Shown here: positions 48,378 to 58,012 of the stretch, piece after piece | Numbering within the stretch: position 1 is the stretch's first letter | How the letters are laid out: every line of letters begins with the position of its first letter | Source: a virus | Direction: 5' to 3' (one strand) | DNA length: 64,000 nucleotides | Virus record (IMG/VR): IMGVR_UViG_3300032431_000004 | Location: 10,824-74,823 of that record | Position numbers and translations under genes: made by a program | The notes under the pieces: model-generated | Database searches by the model: none | What the model saw: only the letters and a program-made list of their open reading frames with translations | Told to the model about the DNA's origin: nothing

Positions 48378-49103
48378 ATGCTGTTAGACGATATTGAGGC
48401 TGCCATCTCCACCGATAACGGTAGCTTATTGCTGCACTACCAGCCGCTCAAAAAGTTGCCAGATCTGGACAAGCCACCGCTCTTTTTTGAAGCACTCGTT
48501 AGAATGAAGAACGGCAAAAAGATTGCCCCTGCCAGCAATTTCATTACTGCGGTGCTACACAATCCATCGCTGGCGATGCGACTAGATGAATGGGTGCTGA
48601 GGTCTGTAGCGGCGCAAATGCGGACGGACGACTTTAGATATGCCGTGAACGTTACCCCGGCGTCCCTACACCAGCCTGGGTTTCTTCACCTGGTAAAGGA
48701 CATATTTGAGGACATTCCGAAGCATAGGCTGGTGATTGAGGTGATTGAAACCAGCCAGCTACACGAGGAAGCGATCGCATGTGTCAAGGATCTGAATGAA
48801 CGGTTTTGCACCTACCTTGACGACGTAGGTGAGGGGTGGTCAAATCTGAGGGCGATCGCTAATCTGTCTGTTTCCGGCTTAAAAATCCACGGGCGCTACA
48901 TTTCTAATATGTCTGCCTACAAAAAACATCGGGCAATCGTAGGCGGCGTCTTTGACATCTGCCAGAGCCTTCAGCTGGAATGTGTGTGTGAATGGGTAGA
49001 GACTCCGTTAGAAGTTACATCCGTAGCGCTAAGGGCGGCAGACTACCCATTCCTGAAGCTGTACCTACAGGGCTATGAGATTGGGAGGCCAGAGGCTAAG
49101 TAG
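48378..49103 (+). CDS. EAL-domain c-di-GMP phosphodiesterase
   Basis: HYQP, EALVR, AVNV, IEV.E, LDDVG.G.S, LKI, E.VE, LQGY. Confidence 0.9.
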   Translation: MLLDDIEAAISTDNGSLLLHYQPLKKLPDLDKPPLFFEALVRMKNGKKIAPASNFITAVLHNPSLAMRLDEWVLRSVAAQMRTDDFRYAVNVTPASLHQPGFLHLVKDIFEDIPKHRLVIEVIETSQLHEEAIACVKDLNERFCTYLDDVGEGWSNLRAIANLSVSGLKIHGRYISNMSAYKKHRAIVGGVFDICQSLQLECVCEWVETPLEVTSVALRAADYPFLKLYLQGYEIGRPEAK

Positions 49104-49128
49104 TGGCGCATTCAGCCTAAGCAAAAAG

Positions 49129-49154
49129 AAGCCCCGCCAATACGATGCGGGGCT
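49129..49154. terminator. Terminator between convergent operons
   Basis: agccccgc/gcggggct stem with A-tract on the left. Confidence 0.6.
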
Positions 49155-49189
49155 GTCTGTGTGCGTGTCGCTAGTATTCTAGCGTTGAT

Positions 49190-49516
49190 TTAGTCTGTCA
49201 GGACTCTGACAATTCCATCGAGAGAGTGCTTTTTAGCAAGTTTAATCAGGTCTTTAGTAAGGTCTGAACTCCTCTTCAGACCTTTTACTTTCATAGCAAT
49301 TACTTCTTTACTTGCTATGACATCGGAGGGATGGTTCAGAACGCAAAAATCGGGATGGACTTCCTGGACTGACTGCGCGGTCATCAGCTTCACTGGATGA
49401 ATTGATTGCAGCAACGCTTGGGCTAAGGCTGCGTTTTCATTTTCTGCGCGGTGAAACGATGGGTTAACCGTGACCCCGTTAACGCTGAAACCTAAGATTA
49501 CAAGGTAGTCTTTCAT
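49190..49516 (-). CDS. Hypothetical protein
   Basis: Coupled operon. Confidence 0.6.
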   Translation of the reverse strand: MKDYLVILGFSVNGVTVNPSFHRAENENAALAQALLQSIHPVKLMTAQSVQEVHPDFCVLNHPSDVIASKEVIAMKVKGLKRSSDLTKDLIKLAKKHSLDGIVRVLTD

Positions 49517-49980
49517 GTGCGATCGCCTTTCAATTCTTTAATCAATTGCTCCGCTACGATTAACCGCGCTGAACAGTCTGCGAACTTGTAGCCACGGTTC
49601 CACCAAAGATGTTCATCAAACCAATGATAGTCGTCATCGTAAGGGCATTGTCTGTCATTTCCCTCCTTCGATGCTGCGTTGCAGCCTTCGTCAAACCACG
49701 TTTCAATTTTTGTGCTTTCACTGACAAGCGCGATTGGCTTAAACCCTTCAGCCATGACCCCCGACCAGTCAGACTGACCCTGACCCCACCGCACAATTAG
49801 GCAGCTAATGTTGTCATGCCCAACTATATAGGCAGACTCTACCGTTACCACGAAGCTTGGCTCCCACCCTCTTGAAATAAGGTGGGTTAGGGTTTGCGCG
49901 TCTATCGGACTGAGCTTCCCCTTGGTGCCGACAGGGTACTTTAGCTGCAACGCTTGTTCTTGGGTGAATTGATTAGTCAC
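49513..49980 (-). CDS. Hypothetical protein
   Basis: Coupled operon; C-terminal CPY...WW..G. Confidence 0.6.
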   Translation of the reverse strand: MTNQFTQEQALQLKYPVGTKGKLSPIDAQTLTHLISRGWEPSFVVTVESAYIVGHDNISCLIVRWGQGQSDWSGVMAEGFKPIALVSESTKIETWFDEGCNAASKEGNDRQCPYDDDYHWFDEHLWWNRGYKFADCSARLIVAEQLIKELKGDRT

Positions 49981-50195
49981 GTGTGATCACCTCTCGTGAT
50001 TCTTTCAAAAAGGCTCGAAATGTAAAGCAGGAATAGCGGCACGAATGGCATACAAAGGATTGTGACTGCCCACCAAGGAACCAGGACTCCAAACGCTAAC
50101 AGCGCGGAGCTGGTAATTTTCCCGATAAAATACGCATTTGCGATCACAACGAACCCGGCTGCAACGACAATAGCTAAAAGCTTAGGTGTTCTCAT
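49977..50195 (-). CDS. Small membrane protein
   Basis: Two hydrophobic helices. Confidence 0.6.
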   Translation of the reverse strand: MRTPKLLAIVVAAGFVVIANAYFIGKITSSALLAFGVLVPWWAVTILCMPFVPLFLLYISSLFERITRGDHT

Positions 50196-50572
50196 GGGTG
50201 ATCGCCTTCCAAGTTTTCCACTAATTCAAATCTTCCACCAATACCGACTCTCAACCAATCGACCTCAGATGAGATTGCACATGACCTACCACGGCCATGA
50301 GGATTAGAATCGGCAACTAATCCCTGAGAAAAGATCTCATCCCTCAGCCCACCGTGTGACGGGCATTCCCAGCCCATTACTTCTAAATGGTTCCACAGGT
50401 TTTGACACTCTGGACAGGTAGAAAACGCGCTCCATTCGCCTTCCCATAACCCCTTTGCCCGCCAGTAATGTTCACCGGGCGCGATCGCCTTTTGACATTC
50501 GCAGCACCGATGGTATTTTCTGGCCTTTACAGGCTTCGATTCGTATACGTCTGGCCCTTGCTGATCACACAT
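50192..50572 (-). CDS. Cys-rich phage protein
   Basis: KARK.H.C.EC...I.PGE.Y, TCPEC. Confidence 0.7.
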   Translation of the reverse strand: MCDQQGPDVYESKPVKARKYHRCCECQKAIAPGEHYWRAKGLWEGEWSAFSTCPECQNLWNHLEVMGWECPSHGGLRDEIFSQGLVADSNPHGRGRSCAISSEVDWLRVGIGGRFELVENLEGDHP

Positions 50573-50915
50573 TGCGATCGCCCTCCTGCGTTGGTTGGGT
50601 AAACGAACTGACCTCCTCCCGATCCGCCATGCCAACCTGTCTTTTTACCTTCATGCCATGGCCTTCAAGCATCTGGGCAGTTGCTTCCGCCACCTCTGCT
50701 AGGGAATAATTTGAATCCACAACGACATCAAACACCTTTTGACTGGAGTACATGGAGAGAGACCTTACAAATGGGTGAACCTTTAACCCCTGCATATCTT
50801 TCAGGACGTCTTGATCTAGAACTCGGGCAAACGCAACTTTTACTAAGCCATTGTTTTGTGAGGTTGTGACAGTAGCAGAAGAGACGGGCTGAATCGAATC
50901 AAAATTGATAGTCAT
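50565..50915 (-). CDS. Hypothetical protein
   Basis: Preceded by GCCGGG leader hairpin. Confidence 0.6.
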   Translation of the reverse strand: MTINFDSIQPVSSATVTTSQNNGLVKVAFARVLDQDVLKDMQGLKVHPFVRSLSMYSSQKVFDVVVDSNYSLAEVAEATAQMLEGHGMKVKRQVGMADREEVSSFTQPTQEGDRNV

Positions 50916-50990
50916 AGGGAAATCTCAGTAGGTAGAATGCCGGGGCGCTCCTCCCGGCTGTGCGCTGTGGAGCTGGCAATTATGGGAGTT

Positions 50991-51323
50991 CTACTTTGGG
51001 CGATCGCCCTCTACAGTTTCATCCCAATCTGGTTGCCCGCCATGCCATCGTTTCATCCAAGCCCGTTTCAGCGAGTTCAGATCTAAATGTGACTTTTCTA
51101 CGGCACCTGCCTTGACAGCCTTAGCCCGCTTGGATGGAGTCAGATCGTAATGGGGCACAACTGAACGCTGGAAATATTCGCGCTTCAGCCCGATTGACTT
51201 TGCAAATGCGTGTAGCTCGTCTAGGTTTTCGTCACATAAAAGGTGGCACCATTGATTGCCATGCCGCCGCGCTTGATCGTTTCTTGGGGTAGCCGTAAAC
51301 TGAACATCAACGTATATAGCCAT
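50991..51323 (-). CDS. DUF4031 protein
   Basis: MAIYVD, WCHL, ELHAFA..IGL.R.YFQ, HYDLT. Confidence 0.85.
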   Translation of the reverse strand: MAIYVDVQFTATPRNDQARRHGNQWCHLLCDENLDELHAFAKSIGLKREYFQRSVVPHYDLTPSKRAKAVKAGAVEKSHLDLNSLKRAWMKRWHGGQPDWDETVEGDRPK

Positions 51324-51359
51324 TTTCTCTGCCCTCTACCTGCTCAATTTCAGCCAACC

Positions 51360-51782
51360 TCACACGCGATCGCCTTCCAGTAACAGGTAAAGCCCAGCCA
51401 GCGTGATTGCATCTCCAACATCAAAATAAGCTTTGTCGTTTGACTTAGACATTTCCACAAGCCGATCGCCGTCTAGGTCATAAAGGAAAGCAACGAGGCG
51501 AACCCACAAGCCTTTGAACGGAGTCACTACTAGCTTGTACTTACTTGTCTTGGTTACGCTGTTGCAATACTCTTCCGCAAATACCATGAAATCATCAATC
51601 GAAACTTTTTCGACATAGCCAGAATGCACAACGGAAGGATTGATCTTTTTAGCAATTCCCATAGCTGACGCGATCGCCATTTTCTTGGTAGCCGAAGACT
51701 CAGAGGTGGCGATGCTTGAAAATACCTCTTTCGTTATGGAACTGGACAAGTCAATGTGCTGCAAAATTTCTTTAGTGTTCAT
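51360..51782 (-). CDS. Hypothetical protein
   Basis: Coupled operon. Confidence 0.55.
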   Translation of the reverse strand: MNTKEILQHIDLSSSITKEVFSSIATSESSATKKMAIASAMGIAKKINPSVVHSGYVEKVSIDDFMVFAEEYCNSVTKTSKYKLVVTPFKGLWVRLVAFLYDLDGDRLVEMSKSNDKAYFDVGDAITLAGLYLLLEGDRV

Positions 51783-52012
51783 TCCAAATTTTCCTTCTGG
51801 TTGGTTAATTCAATCTCAGCCACAATTAATTCAGCGCGGCTGGCCATCCCCAGCAGGGCTAGCCAGATTACATCAGCTTGGGTGATGCCCCGTTGTAGCG
51901 CGATCGCCCTGCACAACCCCCTAGCCTGTGGAGTTACCACAGTTAGCCGCACTCCTGCGTTATGGAGGGAGTTAGGATCGCGGCTATTGTATCCGCCCTT
52001 GTTAGCTGTCAA
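51779..52012 (-). CDS. Small RHH-like DNA-binding protein
   Basis: RLTVVT...IALQRGITQADVI. Confidence 0.5.
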   Translation of the reverse strand: MTANKGGYNSRDPNSLHNAGVRLTVVTPQARGLCRAIALQRGITQADVIWLALLGMASRAELIVAEIELTNQKENLE

Positions 52013-52254
52013 TTGGCTCCTTGCAGGCTTTCGTATGCCTTCGTCACTAACTGAGCTGAGATGGCGATCGCTGTTCCTTGGTGAGAGTGGTGACCGTCTT
52101 GCGGCTTCAGCGAGAGCTTGATGGATGCGGTAATCGCGTCCTCAATCGCTGCTTCCATAGAATGAGAAAACGCAGCCATAGATGTAGTGACAGAGCCTAC
52201 CTCTGTTGGGCTAAAGCGTTTTGTAGCTGTCACTGATACTGCGTAAAGTTGCAT
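52009..52254 (-). CDS. Hypothetical protein
   Basis: First gene of small-ORF operon. Confidence 0.55.
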   Translation of the reverse strand: MQLYAVSVTATKRFSPTEVGSVTTSMAAFSHSMEAAIEDAITASIKLSLKPQDGHHSHQGTAIAISAQLVTKAYESLQGAN

Positions 52255-52326
52255 GTTTTCTTTTCCTGTGCGGGCTATACAAACTAATGTACCGCAAAGG
52301 ATGAACCGTTGTCAACAGTTTATTTC

Positions 52327-52692
52327 CTACAAGCTCAGCAGTCTATAGCCCATCGCCAAAATCTCTACAGTTTCACTCTTCTGATGGTTGCCCAGTACCG
52401 GGCTGTCAAGGTCTTTGACCCAATGCTGATTAGAGTGCAAGTCTCCGTGGCAATCTTGACAAACTGGGAATACGTCAAGCCCTGGCAATTCACGGCCTGC
52501 GATCGCGCCGTAGCTATCTTGATAGCGAATATGATGAACCTCCACCGATGGTCGGCAGAGGCAGTAACAGCAGGTTCCTTTTGTGGAACGATGGGCGATC
52601 GCGCATATCTGTTTCCAGTAGCGATCATCATAGCGATCATCGAAGGTAACTTTTTTTAGTTTGAGATTAAGCGATCGTTTTTTATACCCCAT
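52327..52692 (-). CDS. HNH endonuclease
   Basis: CCYC...VHH..Y...VCQDCH..LH. Confidence 0.75.
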   Translation of the reverse strand: MGYKKRSLNLKLKKVTFDDRYDDRYWKQICAIAHRSTKGTCCYCLCRPSVEVHHIRYQDSYGAIAGRELPGLDVFPVCQDCHGDLHSNQHWVKDLDSPVLGNHQKSETVEILAMGYRLLSL

Positions 52693-54382
52693 TACTTTTC
52701 TTCTTATCGATCAATGCCCTCAGCAAATTAGCGGCTTCATCGGTGAGCGGCTGTTTGGTGTACTTCTGCCAAAACTTTTTTAGTTCTGATGTGGTGAGCT
52801 GACGCCCTGCCTTTTTTTCAGCATCAGCAATGCCAGCATAGAGATCGCCTTGCTTTAGGTCTACGTCTGGAGTAGTCAGGGAAGGTTTGGGGATGGCAGT
52901 AAAAGTAGGCTCGGGGATAGTTGGTTCTGGAGCTTCTGGCTCATCCATTCCATAGACAATCTCTTCATTGCTTTGGTTGAGTGTCCCACGATCAATTTCA
53001 GGTTGTGAATCGGGATACTGAGGAAGGAAGACTAGCCGCCAGCCGCTTGCTAAATTAGTCAAGGCAATTACCCGGTTAGGGTCAAACGTGTTGCCATTCA
53101 GGTAATCATTGAACTGAGTCGCCAGCCGATCTCTGGCCTGCACGTTATCAACGATGCTGCGTGCCCCTGACAGTGCTTTAATCATGGCGTCTGTACGATT
53201 GCCTCGTGATAGCACAATCATGTCCATGCTGCCCTGGATAGCCCTATTCTGGCCTATGTCTTCTACGTATGGAGAATGGCTGGTAACAATGTTCAGTAGT
53301 AGCTTATCGCGTCCCTTTGTTACCTGCTGATAGACCAGCATATTCATTTCTTCACGGTGCTTCGTTTTGTTGGCAGTGTCGTACATTTTCGCTGCCAACA
53401 ATGAGTTGTTCCACTCGTCAGAAATAATAACGGTAGGGAACCCAGGATAGTCAGAAAGCCGATCGCTATTAATGGCCTTCATCCGGCTCAACGTTTCACC
53501 AATCGTATCGACATCGACATAGATATAGTCTTCAGCTGACTTTTCCAGTCCACAGAAGTTTTTGCCCTTAGCCAACTGCTTACCGTTGAAAACGCAAAAG
53601 TCTACATTTCCTTGGTTGAGGTTATTCGTTGCAGCGATCGCGGCATTCAATAGATTACTTTTGCCGGTACCCTTTGGACATGCGATCAAGATTGAGCCAC
53701 AGATATTAGCATCGACTGACATTTGTGCCATCAGTGACGCTAGATCTTCGGTTGGGAACGGATCTTTTGAGTTGCTGCGTCCTTTCCTAAATGAGCTGGT
53801 AGCACGGGCAACGGGGCTGGGAGTTGGCGCAGAAATGTGTGAGATCGCGCCTTCTTTGGGCACTGGCTGGGCAGTAGTATCAACAGTTTGGATATCATCG
53901 CCACCGATGTACTCATAAGTTTCAGGATCAATGCCTAGCTTCAGCAAGAATGACTCTTCACCCATCCCTAACGCAATGCCCCATTCTTCGGCATAAGCGA
54001 CGGCCTGATGAGCTGGCATAGCTTCTAAGACTTCCAATAGCTCAGCATCACGGCACATCAGATCAACCAATGCTTGTCGCTCAGATTCTCGCTCTAACGC
54101 ATTCCTGAACTGTAGCTGTTGCTGAGTCTCAATATATTCCCATTCCTTTTGGTTGCTACTGGATTTTGTTGCTACACAGCTTAGTGCGACGGATGACGCA
54201 AATGCAGTGGCAAGGCTGAACCCTTTCATCGCACGGGGCATGTTGACGGCTATTGGTGCCAATGTTGCGATCGCTGCCAATCCTAACAGCGGCCACATCT
54301 GGCTATTTGCCGCCTGCCGTGCGGTAGCGATTGTTTTCTTTTCAGCATCAAATAGAAGCACTTCAAATTCCCCACAAAGCAA
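52682..54382 (-). CDS. Membrane-anchored FtsK/HerA-superfamily P-loop ATPase
   Basis: Two N-terminal TMs, PKGTGKS Walker A, IISDEW Walker B, KGR, TSHS. Confidence 0.7.
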   Translation of the reverse strand: MLCGEFEVLLFDAEKKTIATARQAANSQMWPLLGLAAIATLAPIAVNMPRAMKGFSLATAFASSVALSCVATKSSSNQKEWEYIETQQQLQFRNALERESERQALVDLMCRDAELLEVLEAMPAHQAVAYAEEWGIALGMGEESFLLKLGIDPETYEYIGGDDIQTVDTTAQPVPKEGAISHISAPTPSPVARATSSFRKGRSNSKDPFPTEDLASLMAQMSVDANICGSILIACPKGTGKSNLLNAAIAATNNLNQGNVDFCVFNGKQLAKGKNFCGLEKSAEDYIYVDVDTIGETLSRMKAINSDRLSDYPGFPTVIISDEWNNSLLAAKMYDTANKTKHREEMNMLVYQQVTKGRDKLLLNIVTSHSPYVEDIGQNRAIQGSMDMIVLSRGNRTDAMIKALSGARSIVDNVQARDRLATQFNDYLNGNTFDPNRVIALTNLASGWRLVFLPQYPDSQPEIDRGTLNQSNEEIVYGMDEPEAPEPTIPEPTFTAIPKPSLTTPDVDLKQGDLYAGIADAEKKAGRQLTTSELKKFWQKYTKQPLTDEAANLLRALIDKKKSNGV

Positions 54383-54623
54383 ATACTAGAACCAAAAAGC
54401 CGATTACAACCCCAGGCGCGACAGCTATCAACCAATCTTTAGGCTCCATCCGCCCACCCGTTACTGACATGGCATGAAGGATGCGGTAGATGGTGAAAAG
54501 GAAAACTACAATCGCGGCTATATAAATCAATCCAGTCAACCGAAGGAATGATGCCAGCATGATTCCACTCATGGTCGCTAACGTCATTCCTGCGTAAAGG
54601 AAATCTTTAGGTGACATTACCAA
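54363..54623 (-). CDS. Small multi-TM membrane protein
   Basis: Three hydrophobic segments. Confidence 0.65.
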   Translation of the reverse strand: MVMSPKDFLYAGMTLATMSGIMLASFLRLTGLIYIAAIVVFLFTIYRILHAMSVTGGRMEPKDWLIAVAPGVVIGFLVLVFALWGI

Positions 54624-55075
54624 ACACCCCGACGGCCTTCAAGGGCAGATTTGACACCAACCAGTTCAGCCTTCATTGCCTGCCGTTCGTAGCCGTTAAT
54701 CATGTAGTCTTTGGCGTACTTTCTATTGCGGGCTGCAATCTTTTGAAATTTCGTCATCGCGTGACTTTGTAAGTCGCCAGCGTGGCCATGCATTTGCTCC
54801 AATTTATCCATTTGAACCTTTGTCGCCTTCACGTAGTCCTTTGCCAAAACTTCCTGAATTGTTAGGGCTTCAGCTTGCTCAATGGCACCGCAGGCTGTAG
54901 CCTGGTTGATAGATTTTGGCAGTATTGCTTTGGCTTGAATCTGCTGTGGCGCATCCGACTGAATGTGATTCCCAACATTGGGGGCTAGGTGCCCGAAGTC
55001 TACACCGGGCTTGGAAACCGCTCCATAGCTACCAACGGTAAGAGCGCTTGAAATTGTTGATAGTAGTCCAGTCAT
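54617..55075 (-). CDS. Hypothetical protein
   Basis: Operon ORF. Confidence 0.6.
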   Translation of the reverse strand: MTGLLSTISSALTVGSYGAVSKPGVDFGHLAPNVGNHIQSDAPQQIQAKAILPKSINQATACGAIEQAEALTIQEVLAKDYVKATKVQMDKLEQMHGHAGDLQSHAMTKFQKIAARNRKYAKDYMINGYERQAMKAELVGVKSALEGRRGVW

Positions 55076-55085
55076 GTTTTTAAAA

Positions 55086-55805
55086 TTATTGTGGGACGGA
55101 AGCTGCTGAGATTTGCCCTAGTGGGCTTCGGAAATCGGCTTTGACATTGACTGAGGCTAGTCCGTTGTTACCCCGAATTACATCACTGAACGCTTGGCAC
55201 TTAGCGAAATCGGCTGAGCAGTTTGAAGGATTGTCCCTAAAAAATGCTTGCCATGTTGCACCATTCCCTGCCGCCCATTGCTGCTGAAAATAAGCTACCC
55301 AGTAGTCGTACCCTTGCGTTGGCGCAACTTGCAGAGCTGGCGCGATCGCCCTTTCAATTGCTGGTGCGGCTGCATAGGTGGGCTGCGGCTGTGCGGGCTG
55401 CTGGGCTTCACCGCTGGGGCAACCGATCGCTAGGACGCAAATTACAGAAGGCCGCGACTGTGCCAAGATCTTGTTGTTCTGAGCAAGTTGAGCGATAACG
55501 GATGCTTCCATTTGTCGCGGTTGATTGCCTGACCAGATTGCCATTACCCCAATCATTCCAGCGATCGCCATATAAGCGATTGGGGCAACCATTGGCAACC
55601 ATTCAGCAACAGAGGTACTGACCCGTGGCATTGCGGTAGGTAGATGGAGTCGCCCTTGCTGAGCTTGGGCAACTGCTAGGGCGCTTAGCTGTTGCTGGCG
55701 ATCGCGCAGCCGTGCGATCATTAATTCCTTGGGACTAGGCTCAACACTAGAGTCACCATCCCAAACGTCTTGCTGTCCCTCTAGTTGCTGTTGCTGAGTG
55801 TCCAT
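55086..55805 (-). CDS. Membrane-anchored Gln/Pro-rich protein
   Basis: One TM, Cys pairs. Confidence 0.6.
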   Translation of the reverse strand: MDTQQQQLEGQQDVWDGDSSVEPSPKELMIARLRDRQQQLSALAVAQAQQGRLHLPTAMPRVSTSVAEWLPMVAPIAYMAIAGMIGVMAIWSGNQPRQMEASVIAQLAQNNKILAQSRPSVICVLAIGCPSGEAQQPAQPQPTYAAAPAIERAIAPALQVAPTQGYDYWVAYFQQQWAAGNGATWQAFFRDNPSNCSADFAKCQAFSDVIRGNNGLASVNVKADFRSPLGQISAASVPQ

Positions 55806-55813
55806 CTTGCTGC

Positions 55814-55999
55814 CTACTGTTGCTCAACTTGCGGATACGGATTTGAAAAGAACGTTGGGATTACGGTAGTGGCGACGGTGCCAATTATGAAAAGCGCGAT
55901 CGCCATTACCGCTAGCGGATTCCTAGGCTGAGGCTGCGTCTGCTGTATCAGTCTCTCCGAAAGAAGCAGACGCAGCTGCAAACTGTTCCGACCAATCAA
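55814..55999 (-). CDS. Small membrane protein
   Basis: Single TM; overlaps upstream gene. Confidence 0.4.
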   Translation of the reverse strand: MIGRNSLQLRLLLSERLIQQTQPQPRNPLAVMAIALFIIGTVATTVIPTFFSNPYPQVEQQ

Positions 56000-56465
56000 A
56001 GGGTCGAAAGAGGTCTGAGCCGCTAGCGATCACCTCCAAAGTTTGGCCGATTACTTCAGTTGGCATCGCTAGAATTGCACTGGCATTCCGAACCGCGATC
56101 GCCGCCGTTAGCTCCTGAGTTCCCTTAATAAGGGAATCGCTTTCAGTAACTAGACTCTGAGTGATGGAAGCGATCGCGTCACGCTGGTCAGACTGTGACT
56201 TCGCTTGTTCGGTGCGGATTTGCTCTACAGGGACAGCGATCGCACCTTTTCCTTTGCGCTTTTTGGCAGAGACTCCAACAGCCCCGCCTTTTGAAGTTGC
56301 CAGTGTAGAGCTTTTGGCTGCTAGCATTTCAGTTAGCGCCTCTAAAGTTTCCCCAGATACTTCGTTGATAGCGATCCGACTTTTTACCAGTTCAGACTCA
56401 ACTTCAGACTGAGGCAGGTTGACGCCCTTGCTTGCCAGATGCTTCATTAATTCTTGGATTGACAT
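55923..56465 (-). CDS. Hypothetical helical protein
   Basis: ATG 56465 with AGGA upstream. Confidence 0.6.
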   Translation of the reverse strand: MSIQELMKHLASKGVNLPQSEVESELVKSRIAINEVSGETLEALTEMLAAKSSTLATSKGGAVGVSAKKRKGKGAIAVPVEQIRTEQAKSQSDQRDAIASITQSLVTESDSLIKGTQELTAAIAVRNASAILAMPTEVIGQTLEVIASGSDLFRPFDWSEQFAAASASFGETDTADAASA

Positions 56466-56946
56466 GACACTTTTCCTGTTTGTTAATTGATTTGATTGCT
56501 CGACTGACCCATTTAGCCACCTGACTTGCTGTGTAATCATGCAGGCGGCTGTACCTGACCATCCCAACTTCTCTGCCCCATTCGTAGAGCGTAGGCTCTG
56601 CGATCTTCCGTCCCGTCAAACTCCTGATTGTTTCTGTCAGCTCGTGCCCTTTACATGGGGCGATGAGGGTTTCAGGCGGAAGACCTGCCATCGTTACGAG
56701 CCATTCATTCCAGTCCCTCGTTTTTCGCTCTATATAAATGTCTAGGAGCGTCAGCCTCCGAAGCGGCTGTTCTTTTTTCAGAAGAGCAATCGCAAATAGG
56801 TTTGCCACCTGCTCTTCTGTTAACCACCGCTCATGCTTTGGCACCTCAGCTATCTGCCGCCATGCGTACCATGTACGGGGTGAGAAGTCCCGTGTATATA
56901 GCTCATAGCACTTCTCCCTTACTTCCTTGTCTCTGTTTAGTTGCAT
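56404..56946 (-). CDS. DNA-binding protein with two MerR/excisionase-like HTH modules
   Basis: FSPRTWYAW..IA and IAEPTLYEWG; YT..QV. Confidence 0.6.
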   Translation of the reverse strand: MQLNRDKEVREKCYELYTRDFSPRTWYAWRQIAEVPKHERWLTEEQVANLFAIALLKKEQPLRRLTLLDIYIERKTRDWNEWLVTMAGLPPETLIAPCKGHELTETIRSLTGRKIAEPTLYEWGREVGMVRYSRLHDYTASQVAKWVSRAIKSINKQEKCHVNPRINEASGKQGRQPASV

Positions 56947-57555
56947 CCTTCCGACTTGCCTTCCCCCTTGTTATGTACGATTTCGTAACGACTGCCTATG
57001 AACAAACATTAGCACTAAAGCTTTCGGCGCGCTACCCCTAAACGACAAAAGTCGGCAAAGTTGCTGACTCCATAAGGACTTTATGCGCAGCAATATCAAC
57101 CTCAAACGAATACAGGAAAAGCGATCACGCTATTTTATGGGCACTTCCGAAAAGTTTTTAGTGTTTAGAACATTCGGAAAGTTTGCAGAGTTTTGAAAGA
57201 ACGAAATCTTTAGAATTGTCTGAAGGTTTCGAACGTTCAGTAATTGCTGAACACAATGAATAGCAATTGAAAGCGCGATCTGCCTTTTTTGGTGACGGTA
57301 CCGCGCTGAGCTCTCAGGAATTATGGGACGCCCATAATCGGATCGTTATATTGGCGCTGGATTATACGCATTTTGTCAGCAGGGTAGGCGCGATCGCGCT
57401 TAGACGGGATTGGTGGCGCGGTTCTGGCGTCGGCAATGTAAAGAAGGCTTTAAGAATGCTGCTTAATTGGCATTTTTGTTTTGGGGCGATTTCGTACGTT
57501 TTGACGGTGCATGCCGATAAGCTTTATAGACAAGTTGTGATTAGGCGCAAAACCA

Positions 57556-57921
57556 GTGGCAAACGGCGAAAGGCGGAAAGAGCTAAGAGTGAACCTGACG
57601 CTCCCCAGCACATATTTTCAGCATCTACGGCGGTGGGCGTCAGAAGTAAGAGAGCAACCCACTAGCCTTGCTGCCAGACTGACGATGGAGGGAATAGACT
57701 CCGCGCTAAAGGAAGGGCGCATACCCGTGGGCATTTCTCCATATCAATCGCTGGCTCATCTAGTGCTAGAAAACTGGGATTTACTTATAGAAGAGAGTGA
57801 AGTAGATCCCGGCCGCCTCAGCTCAATTAGGGACGGCGCAACCCCAGACGAAATGGATCTATTAAAAATTGCCTGCACACTGAAGCTATCGATCAAGGAA
57901 GTGCGATCGCTTTTGCGGTAG
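57556..57921 (+). CDS. Putative repressor (RHH-like N-terminus + XRE-like HTH)
   Basis: RVNLTLP...SLAA; RLSSI.DG..P...LLKIA..L; divergent from 56946. Confidence 0.6.
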   Translation: MANGERRKELRVNLTLPSTYFQHLRRWASEVREQPTSLAARLTMEGIDSALKEGRIPVGISPYQSLAHLVLENWDLLIEESEVDPGRLSSIRDGATPDEMDLLKIACTLKLSIKEVRSLLR

Positions 57922-57960
57922 GAAGTGCTGGCTGCCGTGACAGCAAAAGTAGAGCGACCT

Positions 57961-57998
57961 AAAAGCAGGCATACCTTTTGGATATGCCTGCTTTTTTT
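57961..57998 (+). terminator. Repeated terminator, copy A
   Basis: gcaggcata/tatgcctgc + T7 + ggctaaat. Confidence 0.85.
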
Positions 57999-58012
57999 GG
58001 CTAAATGCTGCT

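Noticed and set aside
57267-57665. 132-aa ORF in the switch region
   Set aside because: TTG start without RBS, overlaps the better repressor-like ORF, atypical composition
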